64,000 nt of DNA. Origin: Alphaproteobacteria bacterium (GTDB taxonomy: Bacteria; Pseudomonadota; Alphaproteobacteria; Rhizobiales; JAJFHC01). The notes beneath the pieces are model-generated. The model was not told the DNA's origin and made no database searches. It saw only the letters and a list, made by a program, of their open reading frames with translations. This document shows, piece by piece, positions 8,835 to 18,365 of this stretch. The first letter of the stretch is position 1. Each line of letters starts with the position of its first letter. The position numbers were made by a program, and so were the translations under genes. The stretch covers positions 110,887-174,886 of the forward strand of contig JAJFHD010000011.1 of NCBI GenBank assembly GCA_021775805.1, in the 5' to 3' direction.

Positions 8835-9925
8835 GACGAGGGTATCCCGTTGGCCAGAATGTTTCGCAAGGCCTCCAGTCCCTGATCCTTCACTTCGATG
8901 GTCTCGACAGTTCGGCCCGTCGACCTGAAGTCTGTCTCCGCCACGGCAGATCCCAAAGCCAGCAGCCCGCGAGCGACAGGGCAGGGGACACCGGTCCATT
9001 CGGCCACGGAGACCAGAAAAGCCAACCCGAAGCCGATGTCCTCGACCATGTAGCGGTGAGTCTTCAGGTCGAGGGACTCGCGCCAGTCGCCGCTGTCGAC
9101 CAGCTTGTCGTGGGCCAGATTGCCGTACATCCACTCGTCCGCCTCGTCATCATAGTGATCGGCTAGGGGGAAATGGGGAGCGCCGTAACCCAGAGCCTTC
9201 CGGGTAGCGATCCGTTCGGCGTCCAGCGCCGTGGTCACGCGGCGTATGGCCGGTTGGGTGCCCTCGGCATGGATATCCCAGTGATCGAAGTGCTCGATCG
9301 GGCCGGCATTCATCATGATGAGCGGGGGATGGATAATTGGCCCGGCGTTCATCAGCGCGCCGGACAGGGCATCTTCGACGGGTTCGATCGCATTTGGAAA
9401 AGCTTGTGAGATGGCTGCGATCGCGCGGTCGTGGAGCCGTGTGGGCAGCACACCGGTCGGCAGCCGTGTGGCGCGGGTGGTTATCGCCACGGTGTTTTCG
9501 CCATGTTTTCGCACCAGCCAGGGCAGTGTCCCGGTTTCGGCGAACGCGACGTCGGCGCGGCATCCGGCCTTGCGGGCGGCGCTCAGCATGACGTAGCTGC
9601 CGAACGTGCCGGGTGGCAGGAAGATTACCTGACCGTCGCTCAGGTGAGGCGCCATGCGGATTGCCAGATCCTCCTGGGCAAACGCCGGCAGGGGAATCAC
9701 GATCAGTTCGGCGCCGTTCATCGCTTGACCGAGATCCGATGTCGGCAAGGCTATGGGCACGTCGCGTTCGCTCTGGAAATCCTTGATTGTCATGCAGCCG
9801 GTATCGAGCAGCGGCGCCAGGGCGTCGGCGTCGCGGCGCCAGTACCGCACCCGATGGCCGCGTTCAGACAGGTCGGCGGCAGCGGCAAAACACCCGTTAC
9901 CGCCGCCCAGAACAGCAATTTCCAT
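8831..9925 (-). CDS. NAD(P)-dependent opine (octopine/nopaline) dehydrogenase family protein
   Basis: IAVLGGGNG, AETGTLP, NAGPIIHP, LDAER, HRYMVEDIGFGL. Confidence 0.87.
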   Translation of the reverse strand: MEIAVLGGGNGCFAAAADLSERGHRVRYWRRDADALAPLLDTGCMTIKDFQSERDVPIALPTSDLGQAMNGAELIVIPLPAFAQEDLAIRMAPHLSDGQVIFLPPGTFGSYVMLSAARKAGCRADVAFAETGTLPWLVRKHGENTVAITTRATRLPTGVLPTRLHDRAIAAISQAFPNAIEPVEDALSGALMNAGPIIHPPLIMMNAGPIEHFDHWDIHAEGTQPAIRRVTTALDAERIATRKALGYGAPHFPLADHYDDEADEWMYGNLAHDKLVDSGDWRESLDLKTHRYMVEDIGFGLAFLVSVAEWTGVPCPVARGLLALGSAVAETDFRSTGRTVETIEVKDQGLEALRNILANGIPSS

Positions 9926-9932
9926 GTTCGGT

Positions 9933-10535
9933 CTACTCCATAGTCGGTGTGATGATGTCGGCATCCGGGACCGTCAGTCCTGTCGACGCCATGAGAAAGA
10001 AGCTCTCGGCAACCTTGTGAATCGGCACCTCTCCGTGGGGGTCGTACCAACGGCTGACCCAGTTGCACATGCCTAGCAGGCCGAAGGCTGCCAGTTTGGC
10101 GTCGATTTCCCGACGCAACTGCCCTGCGGCCTGTCCCTCTTCGATAAGGGCGACCCACAAACCGCCATATGTGTCCCAGACCGTTTTCAGATCATCCAGT
10201 TTCCTGTGATCGTCGACAAAGTGATTTTCCCGCAGGGCGACGCTCATTTCCAGATAGCTGGGGTTGTAGGCGTCGAGGTGACTTTCAATGGCAGCGCGCA
10301 GTTTCTCGCCGGATGTTCGGTTTGACTGAACGATGTTCTGAAGGTTCTTCAGTAGCGAGTTCGACTGCGGGAGGATGATCTCGAGCAGGATATCGCCACG
10401 GTTTCGAAAGTAGTAGTAAACCCCTTCGCGCTTGATGCCGACCGCGCGGGCAATATCTTCCATCGACGTTTGTGCGACGCCTTGACGGGCGAAGACTTCC
10501 GCTGCCCGGCGAAGGATTTCCGTCCGGCGGTTCAT
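9933..10535 (-). CDS. TetR-family transcriptional regulator
   Basis: ILRRAAEVFARQG..TSMEDIARAVGI...VYYYF HTH and LLGMCNWVSRWYDP (KstR2-like C-terminus). Confidence 0.92.
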   Translation of the reverse strand: MNRRTEILRRAAEVFARQGVAQTSMEDIARAVGIKREGVYYYFRNRGDILLEIILPQSNSLLKNLQNIVQSNRTSGEKLRAAIESHLDAYNPSYLEMSVALRENHFVDDHRKLDDLKTVWDTYGGLWVALIEEGQAAGQLRREIDAKLAAFGLLGMCNWVSRWYDPHGEVPIHKVAESFFLMASTGLTVPDADIITPTME

Positions 10536-10612
10536 GAGCGCACGGAGGCTTCTATGTGTTGCGGCACGCCGGCAGACTCCCCAAGAGTGACCATGGTGCA
10601 TTCAAGCACAGT

Positions 10613-10630
10613 TTTTACAGGTACGTAAAA
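10613..10630. promoter_or_regulatory. Putative TetR operator 1 (TTTTAC-N6-GTAAAA)
   Basis: TTTTACAGGTACGTAAAA upstream of tetR. A near-identical copy lies at 11691-11708. Confidence 0.65.
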
Positions 10631-10851
10631 TCTTTCTTGCGCCTGGCTCCGATAGCAGGAATGATCATCTCCTCCGCCGTCAGGGATAGTCATCACAATG
10701 ATGCGCGTTTCGCTCAATGACAAATGCGAAAAGACAGCCGGAACCATTCTGTTGCCGGGGACGCAGGCACAGGTCCGGTCCATGTTGATGCTACAAGGCC
10801 AGGACCTCCGCGGCGATCTTCAGAGAGTGACGAGCGAACAGAACCAAGGGT

Positions 10852-11595
10852 ATGGTGGTTAAACCGATGAAACATGCGCTGTTCCTGACATACTCGGGAA
10901 ATGTTGCCCTTGCGGCAGATCTGGCGAATTGGTTCACCCAGGATTTGGCGCCGCTTCTGCAGGCCGAGTCCCACGGCATTGTCATCGACGTTTTTTCACC
11001 TGACCCCGAATGCAACGAGGTTCTGTTCTTTGGTGATGATCCGGACCGGCCGGTTCTGATGGTTCAGATTTCGGGTGACACGATTACAGATATCTCCGAA
11101 GCGTTGGCCCGGGCGGTCGGGATGGATGCGAGTGTTGCCCGGTGCCCGTTCGAAGGCATAGCGACGGCGGCAGGCATGTTCGAGATACTGGAGACGCCGG
11201 TCGGGGGTAGTTCAGACGCAAGACCACGCGCTGCGGCGATGTCGTTCATGGTGCAGTATTTCGGGCCGACAGAAAACGATCAGGCGTTTGCGGCCCATTA
11301 CGCCGCCAACCATCCTCCGATCCTGGCGGGCTTTCCCGGCATCAGGAATGTATTCTGCTACGTGCCGGTTGCCTGGGACAATCCGGGGTTTCCGCAATCC
11401 GGGGTCATCGTCGGCAATGAAGTTGTGTTTGACGATGTCAGGGCTCTCAACACGGCGCTCCGGTCCGATGTTCTCGCCGATCTCAGAGCCGATTCCGCCG
11501 GTTTTCCATCGTTTGGCCACAGCACGCATCACGCCATGCGACGGCGACTGTTTTCTGACCGGTCAGGGTCGACATGTGTGGTCAATTTTACATAA
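10852..11595 (+). CDS. EthD-like (dimeric alpha/beta barrel) protein
   Basis: C-terminal half FAAHYAANHPPILAGFPGIR..NEVVFDD...LNTAL.S matches the EthD pattern. The N-terminal half looks like a degenerate repeat. Confidence 0.65.
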   Translation: MVVKPMKHALFLTYSGNVALAADLANWFTQDLAPLLQAESHGIVIDVFSPDPECNEVLFFGDDPDRPVLMVQISGDTITDISEALARAVGMDASVARCPFEGIATAAGMFEILETPVGGSSDARPRAAAMSFMVQYFGPTENDQAFAAHYAANHPPILAGFPGIRNVFCYVPVAWDNPGFPQSGVIVGNEVVFDDVRALNTALRSDVLADLRADSAGFPSFGHSTHHAMRRRLFSDRSGSTCVVNFT

Positions 11596-11602
11596 CGTAA
11601 AA
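11586..11602. promoter_or_regulatory. Putative TetR operator 2 (TTTTAC-N5-GTAAAA)
   Basis: TTTTACATAACGTAAAA overlapping the stop codon of the EthD-like gene. Confidence 0.5.
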
Positions 11603-11690
11603 TCACCAAACTGTTTCTGTCATCCTTTTTGGCGTTTATGGCGGAACCTGTTGCAGGAATTCAAAACAGTCGACCTTTTCGGTCTGAAAA

Positions 11691-11708
11691 ATTTACAGGT
11701 TCGTAAAA
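11691..11708. promoter_or_regulatory. Putative TetR operator 3
   Basis: ATTTACAGGTTCGTAAAA, 16/18 identical to operator 1, ~90 bp upstream of the long catabolic operon. Confidence 0.65.
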
Positions 11709-11794
11709 TTCAGTTTGCGTCTCCTGATTGGTCGTGAAAAGATGGTCGGCGCGATGAGGTGCTGGTCTGTTCGTAACAGGTCACAAGGAGGGCC

Positions 11795-12241
11795 GTGATG
11801 AACTATGACGCTTTTATCGGCAAGGAATACGAACCTTATTCGGCAACCGTCGATGAGGGCCGGATAAGGCAGTTTGCCGCGTCAGTAGGCCTGACGGATG
11901 CGGTCTATCATGACTTGCAGGCGGCACAATCCGCGGGGTATGCGGCCATTCCGGCGCCGCCAACCTTCGCCTTCACGATAGCCCTCGATGCCGGCCAACT
12001 CTTCAACATTACCGAAGACATGGGAATTCCGGCGACGCGGACCGTGCATGGAACCCAAGGGTTTTCGTATCACCGTCCGATTGTGGCCGGCGACGTGCTG
12101 CGTGGCCGGCAGAAGATCGCGCGATTGTACGAGAAGAAGGGCGGGGCACTGGTATTCATCGATGTTGAAAACAGACTTGAAGATGCCGATGGCGAACCGG
12201 TGTGCGACGTGCTTTCAACAGTGGTCGTGCGGGCAGGTTAA
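11795..12241 (+). CDS. MaoC-N/HadA-like hotdog dehydratase subunit
   Basis: IRQFAASVG, APPTF, VHGTQGFSYHRPIVAGD. Confidence 0.88.
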   Translation: MMNYDAFIGKEYEPYSATVDEGRIRQFAASVGLTDAVYHDLQAAQSAGYAAIPAPPTFAFTIALDAGQLFNITEDMGIPATRTVHGTQGFSYHRPIVAGDVLRGRQKIARLYEKKGGALVFIDVENRLEDADGEPVCDVLSTVVVRAG

Positions 12242-12261
12242 GGTGCGAGAGACTGGATAGC

Positions 12262-12678
12262 ATGACAGGAAATCTGGCTGATCTTGAAATTGGCGCATCG
12301 ATCCCGGAATGGGTTTGCGGCGCAATCACAAAGCAAGATCTTGCGGCCTTTGCGGCGGCCTCCGGCGATCACAATCCAATTCACCTGGACGAGTCCGCTG
12401 CGCAGGAAGCCGGGTTGCCTGGAATTATAGCACACGGCATGTACAACATGGCGCAGATGAGCCAGTTGTTGCTCCAGAATGTACCCCAGCGGGATATCCG
12501 CGCCTTTGAGGTGCGGTTCAAGGCGATGAGTCTCCCAGGCGATGTTGTCACCTGCGCCGGGGTTGTCACGAGTCGCAAGCCGGCTTCCGGCGAAACCCAT
12601 GTAGTGCTGTCGATATCGGCGCGCAACCAGGACGGCGTTGATATTCTTGCCGGATCGGCAACAATTGCGGTCAGGTAA
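12262..12678 (+). CDS. MaoC/HadB-like (R)-specific enoyl-CoA hydratase catalytic subunit
   Basis: Hydratase-2 motif FAAASGDHNPIHLD...IAHGM. Confidence 0.9.
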   Translation: MTGNLADLEIGASIPEWVCGAITKQDLAAFAAASGDHNPIHLDESAAQEAGLPGIIAHGMYNMAQMSQLLLQNVPQRDIRAFEVRFKAMSLPGDVVTCAGVVTSRKPASGETHVVLSISARNQDGVDILAGSATIAVR

Positions 12679-12728
12679 CAGATACAAGGCCCGGACGTCA
12701 CCGGGCACACTGAGCGATTGCGAAAACC

Positions 12729-13934
12729 ATGATGTACAAGGCAGAAATACCTTATGGCGCGTACTGGAGTACGCCTTACGCCAAGTGGCAGGGCAGTCTC
12801 GCCAATCTGAACAGCATCGAATTTGCAGCTCACGTGGCCAAGGCGGAACTGGAGAAACGGAGCATCGATCCGGCGTCCTTCGACTACGGCGTGCTTGGAA
12901 CCACGGTCCCCCAAAAACATTCGTTTTATGGTCTGCCCTGGTTCATGGGACAGATCGGTGCCGGCGGTGTCGGCGGTCCGACGATCAACCAGGCCTGTGC
13001 GACCGGGGTTAGATGTGTACTGGCGGCCGCCCAAGAGATCGAAAGCGGCATGGCATCCTGCGTCATGTCGGTTGCCGCGGACCGGACATCAAACGGTCCG
13101 CATATCTATTATCCCAGACCCGACGCGCCAGGCGGCACCGGCGATCATGAAAACTGGGTGATGGAAAATTTCAGCTGCGATCCCCTGGGCGGTCACTCGA
13201 TGCTGCAGACCGCGGAGAACGTGGCGGCCAAGCATCAGATCTCGACGGCGGAACAGCATGACGTCGTTTTGCGCCGCACCGAGCAATACGCCGCGGCACT
13301 GGATGACAAGTGCGCGTTTCAGGAACGCTACATGACATTGCCCTTCGATGTGCCCGACCCGAGATACCGGAAGGTTTCGGCATCCCTTCACGGCGATGAG
13401 GGGATAACGGATTCCAGTCAGGAAGGATTGTCGAAACTGCGCCCGGTGCTCCCCACCGGTACGGTTACGTTTGGCGGCCAAACCCACCCCGCTGACGGAA
13501 ACTCGGCAATCGTTGTCACAACGTCCGACAAGGCAAGGGAGTTGCGCAGAGATGACGGTATCCGGGTGCGTCTTCTTGGGTTCGGGTTGTCGCGGGTAGA
13601 TCTGGCCCATATGCCCGAAGCGCCTATTCCCGCGGCCAGGAACGCACTCGATCAGGCGGAAACTGATATTCAACACATCGACTGCGTCAAGACGCATAAT
13701 CCCTTTGCGGTCAATGACATTGTATTTTCCCGCCAAACAGGCTTCGATGTCTTGAAGATGAACAATTTCGGCTGTTCACTGATCTGGGGACACCCGCAGG
13801 GGCCGACGGGTGTGAGGTCGATCATCGAGTTGATCGAGGAACTCAAACAACGCGGTGGCGGCACTGGGTTGTTCACGGGCTGCGCGGCCGGCGATACCGC
13901 AATGGCGGTGGTACTGCAGGTGACAGAGGGGTAA
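12729..13934 (+). CDS. Thiolase
   Basis: INQACATG (catalytic Cys), GHPQGPTG, GCAAG. The usual NEAF motif is replaced by HNPF. Confidence 0.9.
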   Translation: MMYKAEIPYGAYWSTPYAKWQGSLANLNSIEFAAHVAKAELEKRSIDPASFDYGVLGTTVPQKHSFYGLPWFMGQIGAGGVGGPTINQACATGVRCVLAAAQEIESGMASCVMSVAADRTSNGPHIYYPRPDAPGGTGDHENWVMENFSCDPLGGHSMLQTAENVAAKHQISTAEQHDVVLRRTEQYAAALDDKCAFQERYMTLPFDVPDPRYRKVSASLHGDEGITDSSQEGLSKLRPVLPTGTVTFGGQTHPADGNSAIVVTTSDKARELRRDDGIRVRLLGFGLSRVDLAHMPEAPIPAARNALDQAETDIQHIDCVKTHNPFAVNDIVFSRQTGFDVLKMNNFGCSLIWGHPQGPTGVRSIIELIEELKQRGGGTGLFTGCAAGDTAMAVVLQVTEG

Positions 13935-13961
13935 CGCCATGCCAAGGATGAGGAGCAGATA

Positions 13962-16649
13962 GTGGGCACATCTGTCGGCATCGATGTTGGGGGCACGTTC
14001 ACGGATTTTCTGTTCGTGTCCGACGATGGCGTGCCGCGTATCCACAAGACGTTGTCGACGCCGCACGATCCCTCGATTGCAGTGATAACGGGGCTCTCGG
14101 AACTGGCCGCGGCCATGGACCCGCCGGTGTCCCTGAAGGATCTGGTGGCCGGTATCGAAACCATCGTGCACGGGACGACCGTGACCACCAATGCGACACT
14201 GACGCGGCATGGGGCAAAGACCGGCCTGATCACGACCGAAGGCGTGCGTGACGCGCTTGAAATGCGGCGCGGCATTCGCGAGGAACAGTACAACAACCGT
14301 TACACCAACGTGGAACCTCTCGTGCCGCGGTATTTGCGGGTGGGCTTGAGAGGCAGGCTCGATCGCAACGGACGGGAAATATCGGCGCTCAACCTGGACG
14401 CGCTTGATGATGCCATCGCCCTGTTTCAGGAAAACGACATTGAGGCCGTGGCAATCTGCTTCATGAACGCCTATGCCAATCCCGATCACGAGAAGACGGT
14501 GGCGCAACGGGTGCGCCAGTCCATGCCCGATGCCTATCTGAGCGTCTCTTCCCAGTTACTGCCGTCGATCAGGTTCTATGAACGCGTCAGCACCACTGTT
14601 TTGAACGCCTATATCGGTCCGATCCTCGATCGTTATCTGTCGAGCCTGGAAAACCGGCTCGAGCAGGAAGGGTTCGCGGGCAAGCTTCTTATCATGCAGT
14701 CCAATGGCGGGGTCACGGAACCCCGGACTGCCAGGGAAAGAGCTGCCTCAACGCTTTTGTCCGGGCCGGCTGCAGGACCCAGAGCCAGCCTTCACTATGC
14801 CGGCGCGCTTGGCCAGACGAAATGCATTGTCGTCGACATGGGCGGGACAAGCTTCGAGGCATCCCTCGTGGTCGATCGTCCGCTGATGGCGTCGACCGGA
14901 GAGATCGACCGCTTTCGTCTTGCACTACCGATGCTTGACATAAACACCATCGGGGCCGGTGGCGGTTCGATCGGCTGGATCGATAACGGCGGGCTCTTGC
15001 AGATGGGGCCGCAAAGTGCCGGTGCCGCACCTGGCCCCGCCTGTTACGGAAAAGGGGGCAAGAAGCCGACCACCACCGACGCCAACGTCATCCTCGGGTA
15101 TCTCGACCCGGGCTACTTCGCCGGGGGAACCATGTCGCTCGATGCGGTGGCCGCGCGCGCAGCGATTGACGAGTATGTGGCCAAGCCGCTGGGCCTCACC
15201 GTCGAACAGGCGGCGGCGGGCATGTACAAGGTCGCCTGCACGAACATGGCGGAAGGTGTGCGGGAGGTGACCGTCAAACGGGGACATGATCCCAGGGAGT
15301 TTGCCATGGTCGTCGCCGGTGGCGCCGGTGCGATTCATTCGAGCGAGATCTGCCGGGAGCTTGAAATCCCGATGCAGATTATCCCGCGGGAAGCGTCCAT
15401 TTTGTGTGCCGCCGGGATGTTGATGAGCGACCTCGAACACGATCATGTGCATACCTATGTGCGCCGCCTCGATACTCTCGATTTTGAGGATCTGGACAAG
15501 ATCGTCAAAGGCATTGTTGAAAGAGCTACACTGAAATTTGCCGCGGACCGAATTGCCGAAGAAAAGCGCTCGTTCCTGTGCACACTCGAGTGCCGGTACC
15601 TCAAGCAGTATCACGAGGTCGGCTTTCTGGTGCCCCTTGAGCAGATTGAAAATGGCGACCGCGAGGCCATTGCCAGTGCATTCCACGAGCAGCACAACAG
15701 TCTTTACGGCTACTCCTTGCGCGAACAGGGGGCGCCGATTGAAGTTGTCAATGTCCGCATTACGGCCATCGGCAAGACCGACAGACCGTCTTTCGCAAGG
15801 TCCATGCGTTTTGACGGAAATGTAGAACGGGCAAAAAAGGGCGCACGTTCAGTCTACATACCCGAAAGCGGCAGATTCGAAGCTGTGCAGATCTACAATG
15901 GCCACGTGCTCGGCCATGGCGACCTGGTCAAGGGTCCGGCCATAATCGAGCAGGAAACCACGGCAATCTTCGTCAGTCCGACGTACAACTGCGTGTGCGA
16001 CAGGTTCGGATCGTTTGTGGTCTTCGACAAGAAGCGACCGGAACTTGCATTGCTGGTCGCGACGGATGAGGAAAACATTGCTGAGGCAACTTCCGGCGAC
16101 GAAGGTTCGGTCGCGGGAGAGGATAGGGAAAACGGCTCGGCAGCACCGGACGCGGCATCTGTCACGGATGCGGAAACAGGTATCGCGGAGGAGCCTGCCG
16201 GCGTCGGCGCCGAGGAAGAAGACGAAGACGGAGCGTCGACCGGCAACCAACCCGATAACCTGGAAGCCGATGTGAACCCGGCGGCAACGGAGCCGTCAGG
16301 CGACCACACGACTTCGGTGGAAGAAGTCTCGGAAGAAGTGGCCGATGAGGCGACCGGCGGTGAGACGGGAGCCGGTGGTGACGAGGCCGGCGGCGACACC
16401 ATCGAACCGGCGAAGAGCGACGAGGATACCGGTGCAGACGACGTTAAATCCGGGGCGGACAGCGATGACGAAGGCTCAGAAGACGATGGGCCGGCGGAGG
16501 CGGTCGAAGCAGAGGCGGTTGGTGGCGCGGAAGCGGGTCGCGAAGAACAGGCCGAACCGGACGATGCCGTTGAAGACAGCACCGCTGGGGACGGCAACGA
16601 CGGGGATGACCGTCCGAACATGACGTCAGAACCGGAGGTGGTGTCGTGA
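13962..16649 (+). CDS. Hydantoinase A/oxoprolinase-family ATP-binding subunit with a long acidic C-terminal extension
   Basis: GIDVGGTFTD, HGTTVTTNA, SGPAAG, DMGGTS, IGAGGGSIG, GP.SAGA.PGPACYG, GPAIIE. The last ~200 aa are D/E/A/G-rich. Confidence 0.92.
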   Translation: MGTSVGIDVGGTFTDFLFVSDDGVPRIHKTLSTPHDPSIAVITGLSELAAAMDPPVSLKDLVAGIETIVHGTTVTTNATLTRHGAKTGLITTEGVRDALEMRRGIREEQYNNRYTNVEPLVPRYLRVGLRGRLDRNGREISALNLDALDDAIALFQENDIEAVAICFMNAYANPDHEKTVAQRVRQSMPDAYLSVSSQLLPSIRFYERVSTTVLNAYIGPILDRYLSSLENRLEQEGFAGKLLIMQSNGGVTEPRTARERAASTLLSGPAAGPRASLHYAGALGQTKCIVVDMGGTSFEASLVVDRPLMASTGEIDRFRLALPMLDINTIGAGGGSIGWIDNGGLLQMGPQSAGAAPGPACYGKGGKKPTTTDANVILGYLDPGYFAGGTMSLDAVAARAAIDEYVAKPLGLTVEQAAAGMYKVACTNMAEGVREVTVKRGHDPREFAMVVAGGAGAIHSSEICRELEIPMQIIPREASILCAAGMLMSDLEHDHVHTYVRRLDTLDFEDLDKIVKGIVERATLKFAADRIAEEKRSFLCTLECRYLKQYHEVGFLVPLEQIENGDREAIASAFHEQHNSLYGYSLREQGAPIEVVNVRITAIGKTDRPSFARSMRFDGNVERAKKGARSVYIPESGRFEAVQIYNGHVLGHGDLVKGPAIIEQETTAIFVSPTYNCVCDRFGSFVVFDKKRPELALLVATDEENIAEATSGDEGSVAGEDRENGSAAPDAASVTDAETGIAEEPAGVGAEEEDEDGASTGNQPDNLEADVNPAATEPSGDHTTSVEEVSEEVADEATGGETGAGGDEAGGDTIEPAKSDEDTGADDVKSGADSDDEGSEDDGPAEAVEAEAVGGAEAGREEQAEPDDAVEDSTAGDGNDGDDRPNMTSEPEVVS

Positions 16650-18355
16650 GCACAGTCGATCCCATCCTGCTGTCGGTCTATTCCAGAACCTTCAAGTCGA
16701 TTACCGACGAGATGAGCAATTCGGTTGCCCGCACGACGCGCTCGCCGATCCTGTGCGAGGCCAAGGACTTCGTGACCGGTCTTTACGACGAAGCGGGGAA
16801 TATGCTGGAGCAGACGGAGAACCTGCCGATCCTTGCGTTCTCTCTGGCACCGGTTTGCAAGTACATCATCGAGTTTTTCGGTGACGATATTCATCCCGGC
16901 GACGTGATCTTTCACAACGATGTCTTCAGCTTCGGCAACCAGAACAACGATGTTGCCGTCTACAAGCCGATCTTTCTCGAAGACGACCTGATCGGCTGGG
17001 CCGCGGTCAAGGGCCATCAGGCCGATATCGGCGGGGCGGTCCAGGGGGGCTACAATCCCAAGGCCACGGAAGTTTGGCAGGAAGCCCTTCGGATTCCACC
17101 GGTCAAGGTCTACGACAAGGGTGTGTTCCGCAAAGATGTCTGGGGCATGATCTTTGCCAATATCCGCCTGGAAATCGTCGAGCACGACATGCGCGCCCAG
17201 ATGGGTGCCGCCACCGTCGGCGAACGCCGCGTTCAGGCCCTCGTGGGCAAATACGGTGCCGAGCACTACCGGGCCCACAAGCAGGCCCTGTTCGAGTCGT
17301 CGCAGAAAATGATGGAAGCCGAAATCGAAAAGATTCCGAACGGCACCTATTCAGGACAGGGCAAGGTCTATTTCGATGGCCATCACGAAGGCACCATCTT
17401 CACGATCCGGGTAAAGATTACCGTCGAGGACAAGCGTATCCGGTTTGACTATTCCAACACCGACGCCCAGACCGACGGTTTCGTCAACGGCACTTACACC
17501 TCCAGTGCGTCGGCCACGGTGCTTACCCTGCTGCAACTGGTCGACCCGAACATTCCGCACAACCAGGGAATGCTCGAGCCCCTCGAGATCATCATTCCCG
17601 AGGGCACTATCCTCAATGCGAGTTATCCCAAAGCCACAACCTTCGGCAATCATCTGTGCCCACCGAACGCCGATGCGATCACACGCGCCCTGGCGCCGGC
17701 AATTCCCGATCGTGTCACGGCAGGATGGAACAACCTGCTGTGCTCCCTGACCACCGGCGTCGATCCGGAAAAGAACGAAACCTATGTCGATATCGGATTC
17801 ATGGGCCTCAAGGGCGGGTCGGGCGCCATGAAGGGGACCGACGGATACGACCACATCGGCATGATCGACGCCTCCGGCGGTGTGCTGGACCAGGATTACG
17901 AAATGTTCGAAGTCATGACGCCGCATATTCTATTGAAACACGAATATATCGAGGATTCCGGCGGCGCCGGACAGTGGCGCGGCGGACTCGGCGTCGAAAC
18001 CGGCTTTGTCATCGGGTCCCCGGACACGCAACTCGTGACGTTCGGCGATGGCGATTTCGAAGGCGCTTTCGGTCTATTGGGGGGGCGCGGCAGTATTCTG
18101 AACAGCATTGTCCTTGAATACCCGGACGGAACAAGAAGGGTCCCAAAGAACAAGGACCTGATCACCGGCGTTCCCAAAGGCACATACTATCATCAAGTTG
18201 CCGGTGGCGGCGGCGGTTACGGCGACCCGAAGAAACGGGACCGGGACAAACTCAGGGCCGAGGTGCGCAACGGTGTGATTTCCGAAAAGGCTGCGCGGGA
18301 GATATACAACCTTGCGGATGCCGACGTGTCCGGCGAACCTGCGGCCGAGTCGTGA
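16646..18355 (+). CDS. Hydantoinase B/oxoprolinase-family catalytic subunit
   Basis: EM...V.RT.RSP..E.KD, PGDV...ND, HQADIGG, DSGGAGQWRGGLG, GGGGYGDP. The GTG overlaps the upstream stop. Confidence 0.93.
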   Translation: MSTVDPILLSVYSRTFKSITDEMSNSVARTTRSPILCEAKDFVTGLYDEAGNMLEQTENLPILAFSLAPVCKYIIEFFGDDIHPGDVIFHNDVFSFGNQNNDVAVYKPIFLEDDLIGWAAVKGHQADIGGAVQGGYNPKATEVWQEALRIPPVKVYDKGVFRKDVWGMIFANIRLEIVEHDMRAQMGAATVGERRVQALVGKYGAEHYRAHKQALFESSQKMMEAEIEKIPNGTYSGQGKVYFDGHHEGTIFTIRVKITVEDKRIRFDYSNTDAQTDGFVNGTYTSSASATVLTLLQLVDPNIPHNQGMLEPLEIIIPEGTILNASYPKATTFGNHLCPPNADAITRALAPAIPDRVTAGWNNLLCSLTTGVDPEKNETYVDIGFMGLKGGSGAMKGTDGYDHIGMIDASGGVLDQDYEMFEVMTPHILLKHEYIEDSGGAGQWRGGLGVETGFVIGSPDTQLVTFGDGDFEGAFGLLGGRGSILNSIVLEYPDGTRRVPKNKDLITGVPKGTYYHQVAGGGGGYGDPKKRDRDKLRAEVRNGVISEKAAREIYNLADADVSGEPAAES

Positions 18356-18365
18356 TGAGGGTCTG

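Noticed and set aside
16030-16649. Tandem DNA repeat or CRISPR-like array in the acidic tail
   Set aside because: There is only compositional bias; no fixed-length repeat unit or repeat-spacer pattern is visible.
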